DNA from: an uncultured Candidatus Saccharibacteria bacterium
GTDB taxonomy: Bacteria > Patescibacteriota > Saccharimonadia > Saccharimonadales > Saccharimonadaceae
Assembly: GCA_963548735.1 (NCBI GenBank)
Contig: CAUUVW010000001.1
Coordinates: forward strand, 11,602-75,601
Length of the DNA stretch: 64,000 nucleotides
Direction of reading: 5' to 3'
In this document: piece after piece, positions 41,663 through 51,542 of the stretch
Layout: the number at the start of each line of letters is the position of its first letter
Position numbering within the stretch: position 1 is the stretch's first letter
The notes under the pieces: model-generated
What the model saw: only the letters and a program-made list of their open reading frames with translations
What the model was told of the DNA's origin: nothing
The model's database searches: none
Position numbers and translations under genes: made by a program

Positions 41663-43084
41663 CTACCCCTTAGCAGCTGATTGCTTATCCGATTTGTCAG
41701 CGCCCGAGGCTGACTTACCGGTCTTAGCAACTCTCTGCTTCTTACCGCCGCCCTTAGCTTTGACTTGGTCTGACTTAACCAGCTTGCGCCTCTGCCAAGG
41801 CCAGACCACTCGACCAATCGTACCCACGGGCTGCTCCGGACTATCTAGGATTCGTCGGTACAGCACGTACATATACGCCGAGACCCAAGTACAAGAAATA
41901 GCCGCCAGCAGACTAACCACCAGTTGAACCACCGGAAATGTCTTAGGCTTCAGGATAGAATCAAGCAGCACCGTCGGAATCAGAACCAGCGCCCATAGGG
42001 CAAGCAACGGCAAGAACATCATCAAGATCCTGAGCAGAATCTTGACTCGTCGCCCCGCCACCTGAATGCTAGTCTCGTAATAAGCCCGCATAGGGTAGAG
42101 ACCGGGAATGGTAACTGAAACTAACGTTAGCAAGCTGGTGACCATCCAATAGATAGTTAGCACTAATACCGCCAAGATCACACACCACGCCGCCATATTC
42201 TCAATGGCGACACCTTGGTTGATGTAGCCCGCTCCCGTAATGGCAGAATACGAGATAAGGACTAGCGCCAACGGCAACAGCTGAACCAGCACTGCCACCA
42301 ACAGCACCATCATAGGCACCAGTGGTGTACCGGCACTGTAAATGGCATCTCGCAAACGAAGCTGATTGCCACTGTAGACTCGTCGAGCGATGAAGATAAG
42401 ACTAAGCCAAGCTACCGCCACTATGATGAAAGTGGCTGCCTGACGATTGGCGTCCGTCACCGTCAGACTGGTGATAATTGCCTGGGTAACCAGCCCGGCC
42501 TGCTTTAGAAAAGGGTGCAGATCGACCTTCTCCATCGCTTCTCTAGTATCGACATAATTGCTGTGGGCATTACTCACCCCAACCACCGCTATAATCGCTA
42601 GCGTCATCAGTAGAGTGATCTTGAGATAGATCAGCCAGTTGTCCCGCACCATCCGCCAAACCTCAGTCACGAAGCGACCATAACCGGAGATATTGATCTG
42701 ACGAACCGCCTGGGCGTGAGTGGTTAAGTAAAAGCTACGGTGAGGTGAAACACGACGATGGTGCTCGGTCTTTCGACAAGCCCAACGATAAACCGACCGA
42801 AAGAAACGACCCACAGCAAAGACCGGGCACAATAAGTAATATAAAGAACGCACTCGGTGATATAGCCGAGACTCATCTCGTCGATCAAGTTTAGCCTCCT
42901 GACGAGAGCGTGCTCGGTTGATTTTAGCCGCCAGTTTGCGACGACGAGCCTCGCCCTTCTGACGCAAACGAGTCTCAGCTCGCACCAAATCTTCGTCGAC
43001 TGTCAGCAGACGCTCCCTTAGCAGTTGCTCCCGATGACTAATCCGATAGCCTCTATCTTTTTCGCCCGATTTACGTCTCGCCAT
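41663..43084 (-). CDS. Multi-pass membrane protein with an Arg-rich N-terminus
   Basis: About seven TM segments; in an operon with lemA-htpX-ligA. Confidence 0.75.
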   Translation of the reverse strand: MARRKSGEKDRGYRISHREQLLRERLLTVDEDLVRAETRLRQKGEARRRKLAAKINRARSRQEAKLDRRDESRLYHRVRSLYYLLCPVFAVGRFFRSVYRWACRKTEHHRRVSPHRSFYLTTHAQAVRQINISGYGRFVTEVWRMVRDNWLIYLKITLLMTLAIIAVVGVSNAHSNYVDTREAMEKVDLHPFLKQAGLVTQAIITSLTVTDANRQAATFIIVAVAWLSLIFIARRVYSGNQLRLRDAIYSAGTPLVPMMVLLVAVLVQLLPLALVLISYSAITGAGYINQGVAIENMAAWCVILAVLVLTIYWMVTSLLTLVSVTIPGLYPMRAYYETSIQVAGRRVKILLRILMMFLPLLALWALVLIPTVLLDSILKPKTFPVVQLVVSLLAAISCTWVSAYMYVLYRRILDSPEQPVGTIGRVVWPWQRRKLVKSDQVKAKGGGKKQRVAKTGKSASGADKSDKQSAAKG

Positions 43085-43085
43085 A

Positions 43086-43967
43086 CTACATCTGCCCCCC
43101 TATCTTTTTCAGGCGGGCAATACGATCATTGATTGACGGGTGTGTACTGAATAGTCTGTTTAAGAGACCCTTTTTTAATGGGTTAACGATATACATATGT
43201 GCAGTGGCGGTATTTTGACGCTGCAACGGCCTGGCAGATCGATCCAGCTTCTGCAGCGCCATGATCAACCCCTCGGGATCTCTAGTCAGTAAAGCCGCCG
43301 AGGAGTCAGCCAGATATTCTCGCTGTCTTGACACAGCCAGTTGGATCATAGCCGCAATTATCGGCGACAAGATCGCCACTATGATCATCACGATGTAAAT
43401 ATATGGACTACCGGAGTCGTCATCATCACTGCGACCGGCTCCAAAGGCAGTCCTAAGTAAAATATCTGAGATTAGTCCAATCGCACTAACTAGACCGAAG
43501 ACAATCATGCTGACTCTGATATCATAATTAGCGATATGCGACATCTCATGAGCAATCACACCGGTCAGTTCTCTCTTGTCTAATTCCTTCAGCAAACCGG
43601 ATGTCACTACGACATAAGAATGCTCCGGCGTTCGTCCGGTCGCAAAGGCGTTAGGTGAGGCATCTTGGATGATAAACACCCTAGGCATCGGCTGCCCGGA
43701 AGCAATCGCCAGATTCTCTACAACATTCCAGAGATCGGGGTTGTCAGACTTCTTGATCTCTTTAGCACCACTAGCCGCTACAGCCAAGCGACTCGCCACA
43801 AAGTACTCGACTACGGCATACGCCAGGGCGATACCGATAATCCAGAAGGCAATGTTTTGATCCTTTCCCAGATAGCCAACTAACGCTCCGATGCCACCAA
43901 TGAGCAAGAGAAACACCGCCATGATAATGACAGTGTTTCTCTTGTTGGCCCGAATAGCACTATACAT
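43086..43967 (-). CDS. htpX: M48-family zinc metalloprotease HtpX
   Basis: PNAFATG, HEMSH, SRQREYLAD, FSTHP. Confidence 0.95.
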   Translation of the reverse strand: MYSAIRANKRNTVIIMAVFLLLIGGIGALVGYLGKDQNIAFWIIGIALAYAVVEYFVASRLAVAASGAKEIKKSDNPDLWNVVENLAIASGQPMPRVFIIQDASPNAFATGRTPEHSYVVVTSGLLKELDKRELTGVIAHEMSHIANYDIRVSMIVFGLVSAIGLISDILLRTAFGAGRSDDDDSGSPYIYIVMIIVAILSPIIAAMIQLAVSRQREYLADSSAALLTRDPEGLIMALQKLDRSARPLQRQNTATAHMYIVNPLKKGLLNRLFSTHPSINDRIARLKKIGGQM

Positions 43968-43988
43968 CTATACCGGCTAACCCTTAGA

Positions 43989-44555
43989 CTAAAGCTTAAC
44001 CTCCGGGGCTTTTTCAATCGCAGCTCGGTCTTCTACCTCGAAAAACTCTCGAGTATGAAAGCCGAAAATACCGGCAAAGATGTTGTCCGGGAAGGTCTTG
44101 ACCTTGATATTCAGCTCACGTACTCCGCCATTGTAGAAGCGACGAGCCGACTGAATCTTGTCCTCAGTATCGACTAGCTCTCCCTGTAGATCACGGAAGT
44201 TGTCAGAAGCCTGTAGCTGCGGGTAGGCCTCGGCTACAGCAAAGAGCGACTTCAGTGTATGCTCCAGCTCGCCCTCCGCCTTAGCAGCGGCAGCCGGCCC
44301 TTGCTTAGCCGCCGACATCACCGACGCCCTAGCCTGCGACACCGCCTCGAAGACGCCCGACTCATGCTTGGCATAGCCCTTGACCACCTCAACTAGATTC
44401 GGGATCAGGTCTGAGCGTCGCTTCAACTGGACGGTGATATCGCTCCACGCCTCATCAACCCTGGTACTTAGCTTGACTAGTCCATTATAAATTGCCACAG
44501 CAACTAGAATGAGCAGTGCAACGATACCGATGATCACCCAAACGAACGTTGGCAT
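43989..44555 (-). CDS. lemA: LemA family protein
   Basis: YNGLV, AWSDITVQLKRRSDLIPNLV, EAYPQL, ARRFYN. Confidence 0.95.
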   Translation of the reverse strand: MPTFVWVIIGIVALLILVAVAIYNGLVKLSTRVDEAWSDITVQLKRRSDLIPNLVEVVKGYAKHESGVFEAVSQARASVMSAAKQGPAAAAKAEGELEHTLKSLFAVAEAYPQLQASDNFRDLQGELVDTEDKIQSARRFYNGGVRELNIKVKTFPDNIFAGIFGFHTREFFEVEDRAAIEKAPEVKL

Positions 44556-44667
44556 AATTCTTTATCCTCCTATGGTTAGTAACACTTATAGTGTACTTGG
44601 TAGTGGCTATATTTTCAATAGCCACCGAGGTTGGACTGCCGTCTGCGACTAGTGTAAGCTAGGTCGT

Positions 44668-45174
44668 ATGACGACAATCTACACTGCCAGTTATGATTCG
44701 CCGCTAGGGCTCATTCATCTAGCCGGCGACGAGCAAGGACTGATAGGACTATGGTTTAAGGGTCAGAAGTACGATCAGGACTTGCCACCCGGTTTTAGCC
44801 TAGTGGTAAACGACCAGTTAGATGTATTTCAACAGGCCAATCGCTGGCTAGATATATATTTCAGCGGCCGTGAACCGGACTTCACACCTGCGCTGAGCAT
44901 AATAGGTACAGACTTTCAGCTGGAGGTTTGGCGAGCATTGCTTGACATTCCCTACGGTCAGCTCGCCAGCTACCGAGAGATAGCCTGTCGAGTCGGTAAC
45001 CCCGGCGCCCTACGAGCCACCGCTCACGCCATTAGTCGCAATCGCATATCTATTATCATTCCCTGCCACCGGGTCATCAGCAGTAACTACAAACTAACAG
45101 GCTACGCCGGCGGTATAGAAAGAAAAAGAGCGCTCCTGCGACTAGAGCACTCGCTAGATCTTATTGACGATTGA
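44668..45174 (+). CDS. ogt: Methylated-DNA--protein-cysteine methyltransferase
   Basis: IPCHRV active site, GTDFQ..VW, LTGYAGG. Confidence 0.95.
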   Translation: MTTIYTASYDSPLGLIHLAGDEQGLIGLWFKGQKYDQDLPPGFSLVVNDQLDVFQQANRWLDIYFSGREPDFTPALSIIGTDFQLEVWRALLDIPYGQLASYREIACRVGNPGALRATAHAISRNRISIIIPCHRVISSNYKLTGYAGGIERKRALLRLEHSLDLIDD

Positions 45175-45175
45175 T

Positions 45176-45262
45176 TGGTGGGCGAGGAGGGACTTGAACC
45201 CTCACGAGCTAAAGCTCACCAGATTTTGAGTCTAGCGCGTCTACCAATTCCGCCACTCGCCC
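45176..45262 (-). tRNA. tRNA-Leu(CAA)
   Basis: Cloverleaf with long variable arm, loop CTCAAAA, CCA end. Confidence 0.96.
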
Positions 45263-45267
45263 AAACT

Positions 45268-45341
45268 TGGAGGCACCTGTGGGAGTTGCACCCACCTACA
45301 CGGTTTTGCAGACCGTTGCGTAACTGCTCCGCCAAGGCGCC
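45268..45341 (-). tRNA. tRNA-Cys(GCA)
   Basis: Anticodon arm ACGGT-CTGCAAA-ACCGT, U73, CCA; atypical D and T loops. Confidence 0.92.
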
Positions 45342-45413
45342 ATGCCGTGAGGCAATTATACCACAAGTGTTGCATGCTGAAGACTCCTCCTATATAATCT
45401 GAATAGATGTTGT

Positions 45414-45489
45414 GGCTCTTTAGCTCAGTTGGTAGAGCAGAGGCCTGAAGAGCCTTGTGTCCCCAGTTCAAGTCTGGGAGGAGCCACCA
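45414..45489 (+). tRNA. tRNA-Phe(GAA)
   Basis: Cloverleaf, loop CTGAAGA, CCA end. Confidence 0.96.
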
Positions 45490-45511
45490 TCAAGACAACT
45501 CACCTTCCTTG

Positions 45512-45537
45512 AGACCTCCGTTATGGCGGAGGTTTTG
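45512..45537 (+). terminator. Intrinsic terminator after tRNA-Phe
   Basis: ACCTCCGT-TATG-GCGGAGGT followed by TTT. Confidence 0.75.
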
Positions 45538-45748
45538 TCGTTTACACCCAACCGGTCTATTAAGACCCTGCATTCCAGTTCCTACATTTCAATCCAAAAG
45601 TTGACGACTGAGCAGTTTATTTGATAGCATATCTAGTGATCGTTATTCATACGATGGGCATGTCTAGTTTGGATTGCTTGTATCTACATAGCAACATACA
45701 CCGACATAGCAGATACCATAGTCATTTACAGCCTTTGCAGGCTAATAT

Positions 45749-45825
45749 GCGGGTTTAGCTCAGTTGTTTAGAGCGCTTCCTTGCCAAGGAAGAGGTCGAG
45801 AGTTAGAGTCTCTTAACCCGCACCA
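45749..45825 (+). tRNA. tRNA-Gly(GCC)
   Basis: Anticodon arm CTTCC-TTGCCAA-GGAAG, acceptor GCGGGTT/AACCCGC, ACCA end. Confidence 0.93.
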
Positions 45826-46048
45826 TAAATAGAACTTTTACAGGTCGCTTTTAGGTGACCATTTTACTATAGGTTTAGTTGTAGCCTGCAATAGCCTAAC
45901 GGAAATCAACTTCTGTATTAATGGATACACAGAATAACCGACCATACAATTGTACGGTTATTGACGAAACTTTGTACTTAAAATGTGAAAATCGTAGCCA
46001 TCGGCGACAGCCTGACATATCAATTCTGAAGAACGAGACTTGATTTTA

Positions 46049-46789
46049 TTACTTTATTCTATCCTCGCCAACCACTCTGCCGCCCCACTCGACAACTGCA
46101 AATCCTTTGCGCTCAAACGAATCAAGTTTCTGCGCCGGCAACACCACCGGTCTCCTGACTGGTTTAATATCCATCGCTACGCGCAGCAACGAGTCAGGAG
46201 CTGGACTTATCGTTAGCTTGTTTCGTGACTGTAATTCATCAGTTAAACGAAAATGAATGACGCTCTGACCAATGTCTCGTAATACCGGTAGCCAATATAT
46301 CATAAATTCATTTCGTTCCCGACTGTTCAGACCAATTTTTGTTAGTTGCTTTTCTAACACGTGCGCCGCCGTATCCTTGGTGACGTAAAAACCTGTCGAA
46401 AAATCATAAGGCGAAGTGTCTTTCCCTTCCCAATAAAGAGCGTAGTATTGTTTGCCTGAAGCGTCCGACAACTTGCCATCGGGCTGAGCAGTTACTCGCC
46501 AACCATCACCGTACAACGGATAAGTCGTAGTAAAGTTCTCTGGTTTTTGCAGCTGCACCGAGATACTCGTGGTAGCTGTGGGGTAAAGATAGATAATTGG
46601 TTTCCTCAGCTCCATGTGGCTGTCCAGTCTGTCGCTCAATGAATCTGTGCCTGTGCTAGACGAATTAACGCTAGTAACTATCGCCCAAGTTGCCGCGGCA
46701 GTAATTCCACAAATTGACAAAGTGTACAGTGCCAAGAATAAAACAACTACCCACGGCTTAAATCGCCAGTAGGTTGTTTTGTTTCGCAT
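46049..46789 (-). CDS. Membrane-anchored hypothetical protein with a KPxIYLYP motif
   Basis: TM helix, KPIIYLYP, LYWEG, EFMIYWLP, VVEWGG; GAGGAGG SD. Confidence 0.8.
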   Translation of the reverse strand: MRNKTTYWRFKPWVVVLFLALYTLSICGITAAATWAIVTSVNSSSTGTDSLSDRLDSHMELRKPIIYLYPTATTSISVQLQKPENFTTTYPLYGDGWRVTAQPDGKLSDASGKQYYALYWEGKDTSPYDFSTGFYVTKDTAAHVLEKQLTKIGLNSRERNEFMIYWLPVLRDIGQSVIHFRLTDELQSRNKLTISPAPDSLLRVAMDIKPVRRPVVLPAQKLDSFERKGFAVVEWGGRVVGEDRIK

Positions 46790-46931
46790 AAGACCTCCTC
46801 TTGTTTATAGCTTCACCTCATTAATCAATATCTCGTGATTTAGGTTAACCATTATTCATAGTTTAATTGTAGCACAAGATTGAACTCGCAACTAGTCAAT
46901 TTCGACAAACTCTCTGTTGTATAATGTAGTT

Positions 46932-48131
46932 ATGGAACAGCCAAATCGCCAGCCGCTCGCTGAACGAATGAGACCAAGCAGTCTAGACGAAGTAGTTGGC
47001 CAAGATGAAGCAATGGCTGTGCTACGCCCAATCGTCGAGCAAGGCGAGCCGGTATCGCTAATCTTCTGGGGGCCGCCGGGAACAGGCAAAACCACCTTAG
47101 CTCGAATCATTGCCGGTGAAGTGAAGGCTGATTTTATCGAGATATCGGCCGTCTCCGCCAAGAAAGCCGACGTAGAGAAAGTGATTGAGCGAGCTCGCCA
47201 AAACTGGAACTTACAACTACGCACTATCCTCTTCGTCGATGAGATTCATCGCTTTAACAAGGCTCAGCAAGATGCTTTCCTACCTCACGTCGAAAGCGGA
47301 CTAATCACGCTAATCGGCGCTACCACCGAGAATCCCTCTTTCGAAGTAATTCCGCCCCTCATCTCTCGCTCCCGAGTGGTCATCCTTAAGCAATTGTCGA
47401 CCGACCGGATCAAGCAGATCCTCAGCCGAGCTATCAAGCTGGAGAAACTAGAGCGCCGAATCTCCCCTGACGCTATTGACACCATAGCTAACCTGGCTCA
47501 CGGTGACGCTCGCTATGCCCTAGGTGCCCTGGAATTAGCCGAAAGCCTAGCACCCGGTAGGAAAAAGATTACCAGTCGGCTAGTTGAACAAGCGTTGGGA
47601 CAGCGTTTACCCCGCTACGATAAGAAAGCTGACGGACACTACGATATCGCCAGTGCCTTCATCAAGTCAATGCGCGGTAGCGATGAAACAGCTGCTCTAT
47701 ATTATTTAGCCCGGATGATCCAAGCCGGCGAGGACCCTAAGTTCATCGCCCGACGGATGATCATCTTCGCCAGCGAAGATATCGGACTGGCCGGTAACGG
47801 TGCTCTAGGACTGTCCACGAACGCCTTTCTGGCTATTGAACGAATCGGCTTACCTGAGGGAGGGATTATTCTGTCACACGTCGTTGTCGCCCTATGTCGA
47901 GCCAAGAAATCCCGTGAATCATATGACGCTTGGCTGCAAGCTCAGCAGCTAGCCAAAGAGTTCCCCGACAACCCCATACCGCTCTTCATTCGCAACGCCC
48001 CGACTAAGCTGATGCGTCGCCTGGGGTACGGAGAGGGCTATCAATGGAAAGCCGGCTACCACCAGGCAGGTAGCTATTTACCCGACGAAGTTCAGGCTAA
48101 ATTAGATCAAGATCAAAGCCAAAGTAGATAA
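46932..48131 (+). CDS. rarA: Replication-associated recombination protein A (RarA/MgsA)
   Basis: PLAERMRP, WGPPGTGKTT, DEIHRFNKAQQD, GATTENPSF, ASEDIG; start moved to ATG 46932. Confidence 0.96.
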   Translation: MEQPNRQPLAERMRPSSLDEVVGQDEAMAVLRPIVEQGEPVSLIFWGPPGTGKTTLARIIAGEVKADFIEISAVSAKKADVEKVIERARQNWNLQLRTILFVDEIHRFNKAQQDAFLPHVESGLITLIGATTENPSFEVIPPLISRSRVVILKQLSTDRIKQILSRAIKLEKLERRISPDAIDTIANLAHGDARYALGALELAESLAPGRKKITSRLVEQALGQRLPRYDKKADGHYDIASAFIKSMRGSDETAALYYLARMIQAGEDPKFIARRMIIFASEDIGLAGNGALGLSTNAFLAIERIGLPEGGIILSHVVVALCRAKKSRESYDAWLQAQQLAKEFPDNPIPLFIRNAPTKLMRRLGYGEGYQWKAGYHQAGSYLPDEVQAKLDQDQSQSR

Positions 48132-48139
48132 TCAAGTCA

Positions 48140-48174
48140 GGTAGCTTTAATAGCCGGCGACTTATTTAGCTACC
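48140..48174. terminator. Inverted repeat between convergent genes
   Basis: GGTAGCT..AATA / TATT..AGCTACC. Confidence 0.5.
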
Positions 48175-48177
48175 GAG

Positions 48178-49701
48178 TTATTTACGTTTAGCCAGCTTTA
48201 GCTGAGCCTGGTCGATAGTGCGTTGCGCCTTGCGCTCCTCGATAATCCTAGCCAACTCGACAGCCAGGGCGTCTTTTGTGGCGGCAAAGGTACTTTCACT
48301 CACCGACGACTTGAGTGCTCTTACGATCCGAGCCAAACGACCCAGCTCGGTATTAGTATAGATACAACTGACCCAGCTGAGATTCGCCGTCAAGTAGCGT
48401 AGTGTATCAAGCTTGAGCCGGTCAGTTCGACTAATCTGGAACTGGAACCAGGGGAAGCCCCCACCAACACTATCTATCGGATATTCCGCCACTAGCATAT
48501 ACTTAGTGACATAGTTCTGAAAGAGCTCTTGACTAGCCAGATCATTACTGCTGACAGATCCGTCAGCACTGACCAGCTGTAAGACCTCAGACACTTGAAC
48601 CAGCTCGTCAGCCTCGCTGAATAAATGTCGTAACTTCACGTCAGTGGAAGCTCGGCAAAAACTAGCCACCGCCCGCACGTAGTTATCAGCCATTTTGACC
48701 GACGGCAGTTCAGTCAGATCATAAAGTAGCTTTTTACCCCTGACAGTTTCGCTATGCACTGCCCGGCAGAAATAATTTATCTGCTCCCTGCCGGACAACA
48801 TTTCAGCCCGCTCCAGCTCAGCGATGTCCTGAATCAGGATCGGATACTTGCCGTCGCTGTCCGGCTCGTCAATGGCTCTCCTAGCCCGCAAGTGATCAGT
48901 TACCCGCTCAATCGTTGGCAAGCTAACGCCTAGTACCTTTTGCGCCAGCCGATCGGAAGCTTCGCCCATCGCCAGGAAGACGTTCATCACGTCGGCCGGC
49001 TGCACCTGCCCGGTACTTGCCACCTTTTTAGCCACTTCCTGCACTAGTAGCACCTTACGCACCAAGTCAGCCGACAGGTCAGACTTAGGGGCTTCCGGAG
49101 TCAACACTTTAATTATCGCCCCCAGAACCTCATCATTCCGACAAACAATCTTATATTTATCGCCATAGATTAGCTCACCGTTCTTAGGCAGAAGGTTGGC
49201 ATTATTCGCCAGATAAACTGTGATGTCACCCACCGTAATGGATCGGAAATGATCCCGATGATCATTGAGCAATTTACCAGCACACTGCAGGTACTCTTCA
49301 TCCTGATCCGGGAAGATATTATGGTCGTAGATCAAGACTTTGCCATCTTGCTTCACATATAGCCGTACATCAGTCAACTTAGGCTTACCCACCGCCTCGC
49401 CATAGACAATATCGCCGGCCTCAAACGGCAGACGAAACTCTACGCTCTCAGGCGCTATCGTCTCGGTCGGTTGCTTATTCTTGCGACCACGACTGCGCTT
49501 CCTCGCTTTCTTCGTTGGCTGATCATCAGCCGAAGACCGGCTCGCTTCCGGCTCACCATTCTGTGCCAGAATCTCCTTTTTAATCCTGATTAACTCCCTC
49601 AGGCCATCTAGACCGGCGCCAACACCACCGGTCTGACCACCGACCGGTGTAGCCACGCCATTAGCTGGAGTTATCACCGGATCACCACTTACCTCACTCA
49701 T
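48178..49701 (-). CDS. Hypothetical protein, possibly with a central winged-helix segment
   Basis: 507-aa ORF; LAQKVLGVSLPTIERVTDHL...IDEPD resembles an HTH. Confidence 0.7.
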   Translation of the reverse strand: MSEVSGDPVITPANGVATPVGGQTGGVGAGLDGLRELIRIKKEILAQNGEPEASRSSADDQPTKKARKRSRGRKNKQPTETIAPESVEFRLPFEAGDIVYGEAVGKPKLTDVRLYVKQDGKVLIYDHNIFPDQDEEYLQCAGKLLNDHRDHFRSITVGDITVYLANNANLLPKNGELIYGDKYKIVCRNDEVLGAIIKVLTPEAPKSDLSADLVRKVLLVQEVAKKVASTGQVQPADVMNVFLAMGEASDRLAQKVLGVSLPTIERVTDHLRARRAIDEPDSDGKYPILIQDIAELERAEMLSGREQINYFCRAVHSETVRGKKLLYDLTELPSVKMADNYVRAVASFCRASTDVKLRHLFSEADELVQVSEVLQLVSADGSVSSNDLASQELFQNYVTKYMLVAEYPIDSVGGGFPWFQFQISRTDRLKLDTLRYLTANLSWVSCIYTNTELGRLARIVRALKSSVSESTFAATKDALAVELARIIEERKAQRTIDQAQLKLAKRK

Positions 49702-49780
49702 AAACTAGCTTTACCATACCATATACTTGCCAGCGTTTCAACTAGCTTGCGTGATATCCCACCCCGGCCTAATAATATAT

Positions 49781-49867
49781 TGGTGCGCCCGAGAAGACTT
49801 GAACTTCCACGTCGTAACCGACACATGCACCTCAAGCATGCCTGTCTACCAATTCCAGCACGAGCGC
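49781..49867 (-). tRNA. tRNA-Leu(GAG)
   Basis: Anticodon arm CATGC-TTGAGGT-GCATG, long variable arm, CCA. Confidence 0.96.
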
Positions 49868-49893
49868 TCACTGGCCATTATACCATCCACCTC

Positions 49894-50868
49894 CTAGAAG
49901 CAAATAGTAAAAGTCGCTCCACTGCCACACCGACTAGGGTTATTTGTAGCCGATACCTTAGCACCCATCTGCTCCGCCAATCGACTGGCTAGACTAAGCC
50001 CCAGACCGAACCCTTCAGAATTACGTGACTCGTCTGCCCGATAAAATCGGTTAAAGACATTTGGCAGATCTTTGTCAGCTATACCACTACCGTGATCCCG
50101 CACTACCAGACTCTTCTTGCCATCACTAATGATCTCAATTTGACTATTCTCCGGTGAGTACTTGATAGCATTATCTAGATATATATAGAGTATCTCTATC
50201 AGAGCATCGGCGTTAGCTACCAGCTTCAGCGACTTGTCGCCGAGCTGATCGTCTATCGTTATCTTTTTCGCCTCTGCCGTCGCTTGAACCCGGTCGATAG
50301 CTCGCCCGACCATTTCACTAGCATCAATTACTGCCAGCTCCAGTTTACCAGAACCACTTAGCCTCAGCAGGGTGTCGGTCAACTGACGTAGCTTATCTAT
50401 CTCCTCAAGGTTACTCTTTAACTGTTCTTTGTAGTCTGACTTCTTGGCTTCGTCATCACGTAGCAATACCTCGTTCTCCATCCGCATGGTAGCGAGCGGT
50501 GTCCTCAGCTCATGACTGGCATCCGAGACAAACTGTGTCTCATCCTCCATCGCTTTCTCGATTGACTTTAGCGTCCGTCGTGCCAGCAGGTAGGATGCCA
50601 TTGCCCCAGCTATCAGGATGCCAACATTAATCCAGAAGAGACTGGCCCACACTTTGGTCTCGACATCGTGCACCCGGTGGTTATAGACGTTAGCAAAGTC
50701 GCTCTCGACTCTCAGCTGGACGATGAGGTCGGGCGTCTTATAGGGACGCCTGATCTCACCCATAGCAGTCATGCCAATCCCCATTGAGAAGGATAGCGAT
50801 ACGACCATGATAATAATAGTGTAGATCGCTGTAAGTTTGACAGTAGCCTTATCAAATATCTTCATCAT
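49894..50868 (-). CDS. Sensor histidine kinase (two TM helices, HisKA, HATPase)
   Basis: FVSDASHELRTPL, LDNAIKYS, DHGSGI, FYRAD, GFGLGL. Confidence 0.95.
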   Translation of the reverse strand: MMKIFDKATVKLTAIYTIIIMVVSLSFSMGIGMTAMGEIRRPYKTPDLIVQLRVESDFANVYNHRVHDVETKVWASLFWINVGILIAGAMASYLLARRTLKSIEKAMEDETQFVSDASHELRTPLATMRMENEVLLRDDEAKKSDYKEQLKSNLEEIDKLRQLTDTLLRLSGSGKLELAVIDASEMVGRAIDRVQATAEAKKITIDDQLGDKSLKLVANADALIEILYIYLDNAIKYSPENSQIEIISDGKKSLVVRDHGSGIADKDLPNVFNRFYRADESRNSEGFGLGLSLASRLAEQMGAKVSATNNPSRCGSGATFTICF

Positions 50869-51542
50869 GACGCCGCTTCCAGCCGGTAGCCGAAGCCCCG
50901 AATCGTCTGGAGTAGCTCCGGTCCGGCAAATGGCTTATCAATCTTGCGTCTCAGCGATCCGACATGAGCTTCGACCGTATTAGGCAGAATGTCAGCATCA
51001 AAATCCCAGACATGCCCGATCAACTTATCTTTACTGATCGTCCGACCTTGGTTGCGCATTAAATACTCCAAGAGAGCATACTCAGTCGAAGTTAGCTTGA
51101 TCCGCTTCTTACCTCGTCGTACTTCCGACCGACTGGTATTCATCGTTAAATCTCCGACTTTAAGTACAGTGTCAACTGCGTCTGAAGGACGACGAAACAG
51201 CGCCCTGATCCGAGCTAATAGCTCCTCAAAACTGAATGGCTTTACCATGTAATCATCGGCGCCGGCGTCCAGTCCCTCTACTCGGTTACGAATCTGACCT
51301 TTAGCAGTCAAGACGATGACAGGCGTTCTAATTCCTTTGCTACGCACCTCCCGGATAATCTCCAGCCCCTCTTTGCCCGGCAGCATCCGGTCGATAATCA
51401 TCAGATCGTATTCATCATGTAAGGCGGCCGCCAGGCCATCTTCACCGTTGTTATACACTTCGGTGGCATAACTCTCCTGTCTAAGACCTCGACTCAGCGC
51501 ATTGGCTAGCTTGGTTTCATCCTCGATAATCAAGACCTTCAT
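50865..51542 (-). CDS. OmpR/PhoB-family response regulator
   Basis: IIEDE, IDRMLP, GADDYMVKPF, winged helix TIRGFGY. Confidence 0.96.
   Translation of the reverse strand: MKVLIIEDETKLANALSRGLRQESYATEVYNNGEDGLAAALHDEYDLMIIDRMLPGKEGLEIIREVRSKGIRTPVIVLTAKGQIRNRVEGLDAGADDYMVKPFSFEELLARIRALFRRPSDAVDTVLKVGDLTMNTSRSEVRRGKKRIKLTSTEYALLEYLMRNQGRTISKDKLIGHVWDFDADILPNTVEAHVGSLRRKIDKPFAGPELLQTIRGFGYRLEAAS

Noticed and set aside
45175..45471. ORFs 45175-45402 and 45241-45471 (and similarly 49747-49992)
   Set aside because: They overlap clear tRNA genes
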